Below, piece after piece: positions 61,808 through 64,000 of a stretch of DNA of 64,000 bases. The notes under the pieces were generated by a model. That model worked only from the letters and a program-made list of their open reading frames with translations. It had not been told where the DNA came from and made no database searches. The stretch is from assembly GCA_029261035.1 (NCBI GenBank), contig JAJDCD010000005.1, forward strand, positions 27,516 through 91,515, in the 5' to 3' direction. The position numbers and the translations under genes were made by a program. Each line of letters starts with the position of its first letter. The first letter of the stretch is position 1. The stretch comes from Candidatus Omnitrophota bacterium. Lineage in GTDB: Bacteria > Omnitrophota > Omnitrophia > Omnitrophales > JACROU01.

Positions 61808-62524
61808 ATGAAATTAGGAAAGAGGATAATTCAAGTATTTTCACTCGTGGTTGTTTTGGGATGTGTTTTTATGCCATTTCAATCAGCATTCGCGGGCGCT
61901 ATTGTTTCGGGAAGTGTTGCTTTTGAAGGAACTGCACCAGAAGCAATGCCTCTTAAAATGGCTGCAGATCCATCTTGTGCTCAGCTACACACTTCAGAAA
62001 TAAAATCTGAAACGGTAGTTGTTAATGGGAATGGAACTTTGAAAAATGTAGTTATTTATATTAAAGAAGGACTAGAAGAAGAATTTGATGTTCCAAAAGA
62101 GTCGGTTGTATTGGATCAGGTGGGTTGTATTTATGAACCTCATGTGATTGCTGTTCAAGCGAATCAGAATATCGAAATTATTAATAGTGATGCTACATTA
62201 CATAATGTTCATGCGGTTACTAAAGTAAATAAAGGTTTTAACTTGGGAATGCCAATTAAAGGCATGAAATTCAAAAAGAAATTTTCAGAACCTGAGTTTG
62301 TTAAAGTTAAATGTGATGTTCATCCTTGGATGAATTCTTATGTGGCTGTAATTGACAATCCATTTCATGGTGTTACAGGAGCTGATGGAAGCTTTAAAAT
62401 TGAAGGTCTTCCTGAAGGGGATTATGTCCTTGCTGCTTGGCATGAAAAGTATGGTGAAGTTGAAGAAGAAGTAAGCGTTGATGCGGATGGTTCTGCAGAA
62501 GTTAATTTTACTTTTAGCGCATAA
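61808..62524 (+). CDS. Secreted carboxypeptidase-regulatory-like / cupredoxin-like domain protein
   Basis: Signal peptide ending AFA; DQVGCIYEPHV, HNVH, CDVHPWM and WHEKYG; AAGGAG RBS. Confidence 0.8.
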   Translation: MKLGKRIIQVFSLVVVLGCVFMPFQSAFAGAIVSGSVAFEGTAPEAMPLKMAADPSCAQLHTSEIKSETVVVNGNGTLKNVVIYIKEGLEEEFDVPKESVVLDQVGCIYEPHVIAVQANQNIEIINSDATLHNVHAVTKVNKGFNLGMPIKGMKFKKKFSEPEFVKVKCDVHPWMNSYVAVIDNPFHGVTGADGSFKIEGLPEGDYVLAAWHEKYGEVEEEVSVDADGSAEVNFTFSA

Positions 62525-62538
62525 TTATTAATTTATTA

Positions 62539-62567
62539 CGAAGCTCCTACTTTTAGTAGGGGCTTCG
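62539..62567 (+). terminator. Hairpin after 61808-62524 (weak U-tract)
   Basis: CGAAGCTCCTAC-tttta-GTAGGGGCTTCG. Confidence 0.5.
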
Positions 62568-62585
62568 CTCCTCGAGAAAATTCCT

Positions 62586-63158
62586 ATGATAAGCACAAGT
62601 GATTTTAAAAAAGGTGTTTTGATCGAACTTGATAATGCTCCTTGTATAATTGAGACCTTGCAAGTTCAGACGCCTTCTGCAAGAGGTGCTTCTACTCTAT
62701 ATAAAATTCGCGTTCGTAATTTAAAATCAGGGCAACGTATCGATAAAAGCTTTCGAGGGGGCGATGTGCTTCCCGAACCTGATTTTGAGAAGAAAGGCAT
62801 CCAGTTTCTTTATAAAGATGGGGATAATTTTTACTTTATGGATCTGGCAGATTATAACCAGTTTTCTATTCCTGATACCCAATTAAAGGAAGAGGCTGGG
62901 TATTTGCATGAAGATTTGGAAGGGATAAAATCTTTGATTTACAATGGGGAAGTTATTGGGATTGAAATTCCTACGTCCGTAGATATTGAGGTGGAGGAAT
63001 GCCCCCCACCTGGTATGAGCAAATCAGCTACTCCACGTCCTAAAGAAGCAAAGCTTAAGACTGGGAAAGTTGTTTTGGTTCCTGATTATATTGATCAAGG
63101 CGAATTAATTCGCGTTGATACCCGTACGGGTGAATTTGTTTCTCGAGCGGGAAAATAA
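62586..63158 (+). CDS. efp: Elongation factor P family protein, EfpL/YeiP-like (SARG loop)
   Basis: EF-P fold motifs (FLYKDG..FMD, TG..V.VP.YI..GE.IRVDTRTGEFVSRA); the tip loop is PSARG rather than PGKG. Confidence 0.85.
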   Translation: MISTSDFKKGVLIELDNAPCIIETLQVQTPSARGASTLYKIRVRNLKSGQRIDKSFRGGDVLPEPDFEKKGIQFLYKDGDNFYFMDLADYNQFSIPDTQLKEEAGYLHEDLEGIKSLIYNGEVIGIEIPTSVDIEVEECPPPGMSKSATPRPKEAKLKTGKVVLVPDYIDQGELIRVDTRTGEFVSRAGK

Positions 63159-63236
63159 ATTCATTTTCTCTCAATCCTTTCTATTTAGTTTTCGTTATAT
63201 TAATAAGTATTTAGTTTTTTAAAAAAAGGAATTCTC

Positions 63237-64000
63237 ATGATAGCTCCCTTAATGTCTACCTCGCCTAATGAGCATGTGTTGAAATTTGTTCAAGATATGA
63301 TTGATTTGGCTCAGCCGGACAAAACGTATTGGTGTGACGGGTCTGAAGAGGAAGTTCAACGTCTCTATAAAGAAGCTGTGAAAACAGGAAGTTTGGAAGA
63401 GTTGAATCAAGAAAAGTTGCCGGGGTGTTATCTTAGAAAGAGTCCTCAAAATGATGTGGCTCGAACAGAACATCTAACGTTTATTTGCTCTCCCAAAAAA
63501 GAAGATTCAGGGCCTACCAATAATTGGATGTCTCCCAAAGAAGGATATGAAAAATGTCGGAAAATTTATAAAGGTTCGATGAAGGGAAGAACTCTGTATG
63601 TTATTCCTTTTATTATGGGACCCATTGATTCTCTGTATAGCAAGATTGGAGTTCAAGTAACAGATAGTATTTATGTTGTTTTAAATATGCGGATTATGAC
63701 TCGTATGGGGAAGATCGCTTTGCAGAGGCTTGGAACTTCTCCGGATTTCACGCGATGTGTTCATGGAAAAATTGATTTAGAAATTTCTCATCGGCTTATA
63801 TGCCATTTTCCAAAAGATAATTTTATTTGGAGTGTAGGCTCTGGCTATGGTGGTAATGCGTTGTTGGGTAAGAAATGTATGGCGTTACGTATCGCAAGTT
63901 GCTTGGGCAAAAAAGAGAACTGGATGGCAGAGCATATGTTGATTTTGGGTCTTGAAGATAGGGAAGGGAAGAAAACTTATGTTGCGGCCGCTTTTCCAAG
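63237..64000 (+). CDS. pckG: Phosphoenolpyruvate carboxykinase (GTP), truncated at the window end; absent from the ORF track
   Basis: Manual translation: MIAPLMSTSPNEHVLKF..WCDGSEEE..DVARTE..GPTNNW..GSGYGGNALLGKKC.ALRIAS..WMAEHML..AAAFP; AAGGA RBS. Confidence 0.93.
   Translation, partial: MIAPLMSTSPNEHVLKFVQDMIDLAQPDKTYWCDGSEEEVQRLYKEAVKTGSLEELNQEKLPGCYLRKSPQNDVARTEHLTFICSPKKEDSGPTNNWMSPKEGYEKCRKIYKGSMKGRTLYVIPFIMGPIDSLYSKIGVQVTDSIYVVLNMRIMTRMGKIALQRLGTSPDFTRCVHGKIDLEISHRLICHFPKDNFIWSVGSGYGGNALLGKKCMALRIASCLGKKENWMAEHMLILGLEDREGKKTYVAAAFP

Noticed and set aside
402-63473. Many 60-126 aa ORFs in the track, mostly antisense or alternate-frame inside long genes (including 60351-60731, 61732-61926 and 63249-63473)
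   Set aside because: Shadow ORFs overlapping well-supported CDSs, with no motifs. 63249-63473 is antisense to pckG. None is a credible immunity gene.
1-64000. tRNA, rRNA, tmRNA or known riboswitches
   Set aside because: No cloverleaf, rRNA-like tract or recognisable aptamer consensus seen by eye; an Infernal scan would be needed to exclude them fully.

Overview
AT-rich bacterial chromosomal segment with almost all genes on the + strand. The lineage is probably PVC/Omnitrophota-like; this is inferred from gene content only. About 41 kb of the 64 kb (64%) encodes six large paralogous proteins with N-terminal signal-like segments: A 4416-12032, B 12431-15775, C 18635-29932, D 30153-34331, E 34528-42351 and F 51202-58125. 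They are interspersed with housekeeping genes (otsAB, xth, aguB/aguA, radC, hemD-hemE fusion, ArfB-like factor, ClC, DsbA/MauE, EF-P-like, pckG). The six share a common layout: signal peptide; a conserved ~550-680 aa N-terminal domain (Q-[DN]-x-H...E-G...R-[DN]...GGFH, TIKI/TraB/EreA/ChaN-like; absent in B); variable cargo modules; and a C-terminal domain ending in an amphipathic helix and Ala-Ala-stop. Cargo modules are bracketed by a recurring [AG]-x-S-L-G motif (20 boundary copies, varied codons). They include FHA, TPR+DnaJ, HipA/PI3-4-kinase-like, PPP metallophosphatase, HATPase, degenerate GGDEF-like and ART-like domains. Best hypothesis: an exported, proteolytically processed, cassette-shuffling polyprotein (effector) system. 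Intergenic DNA carries several REP-like palindrome families and two dispersed structured motifs whose pairing is conserved between copies. No rRNA, tRNA, CRISPR array, integrase or transposase was seen.
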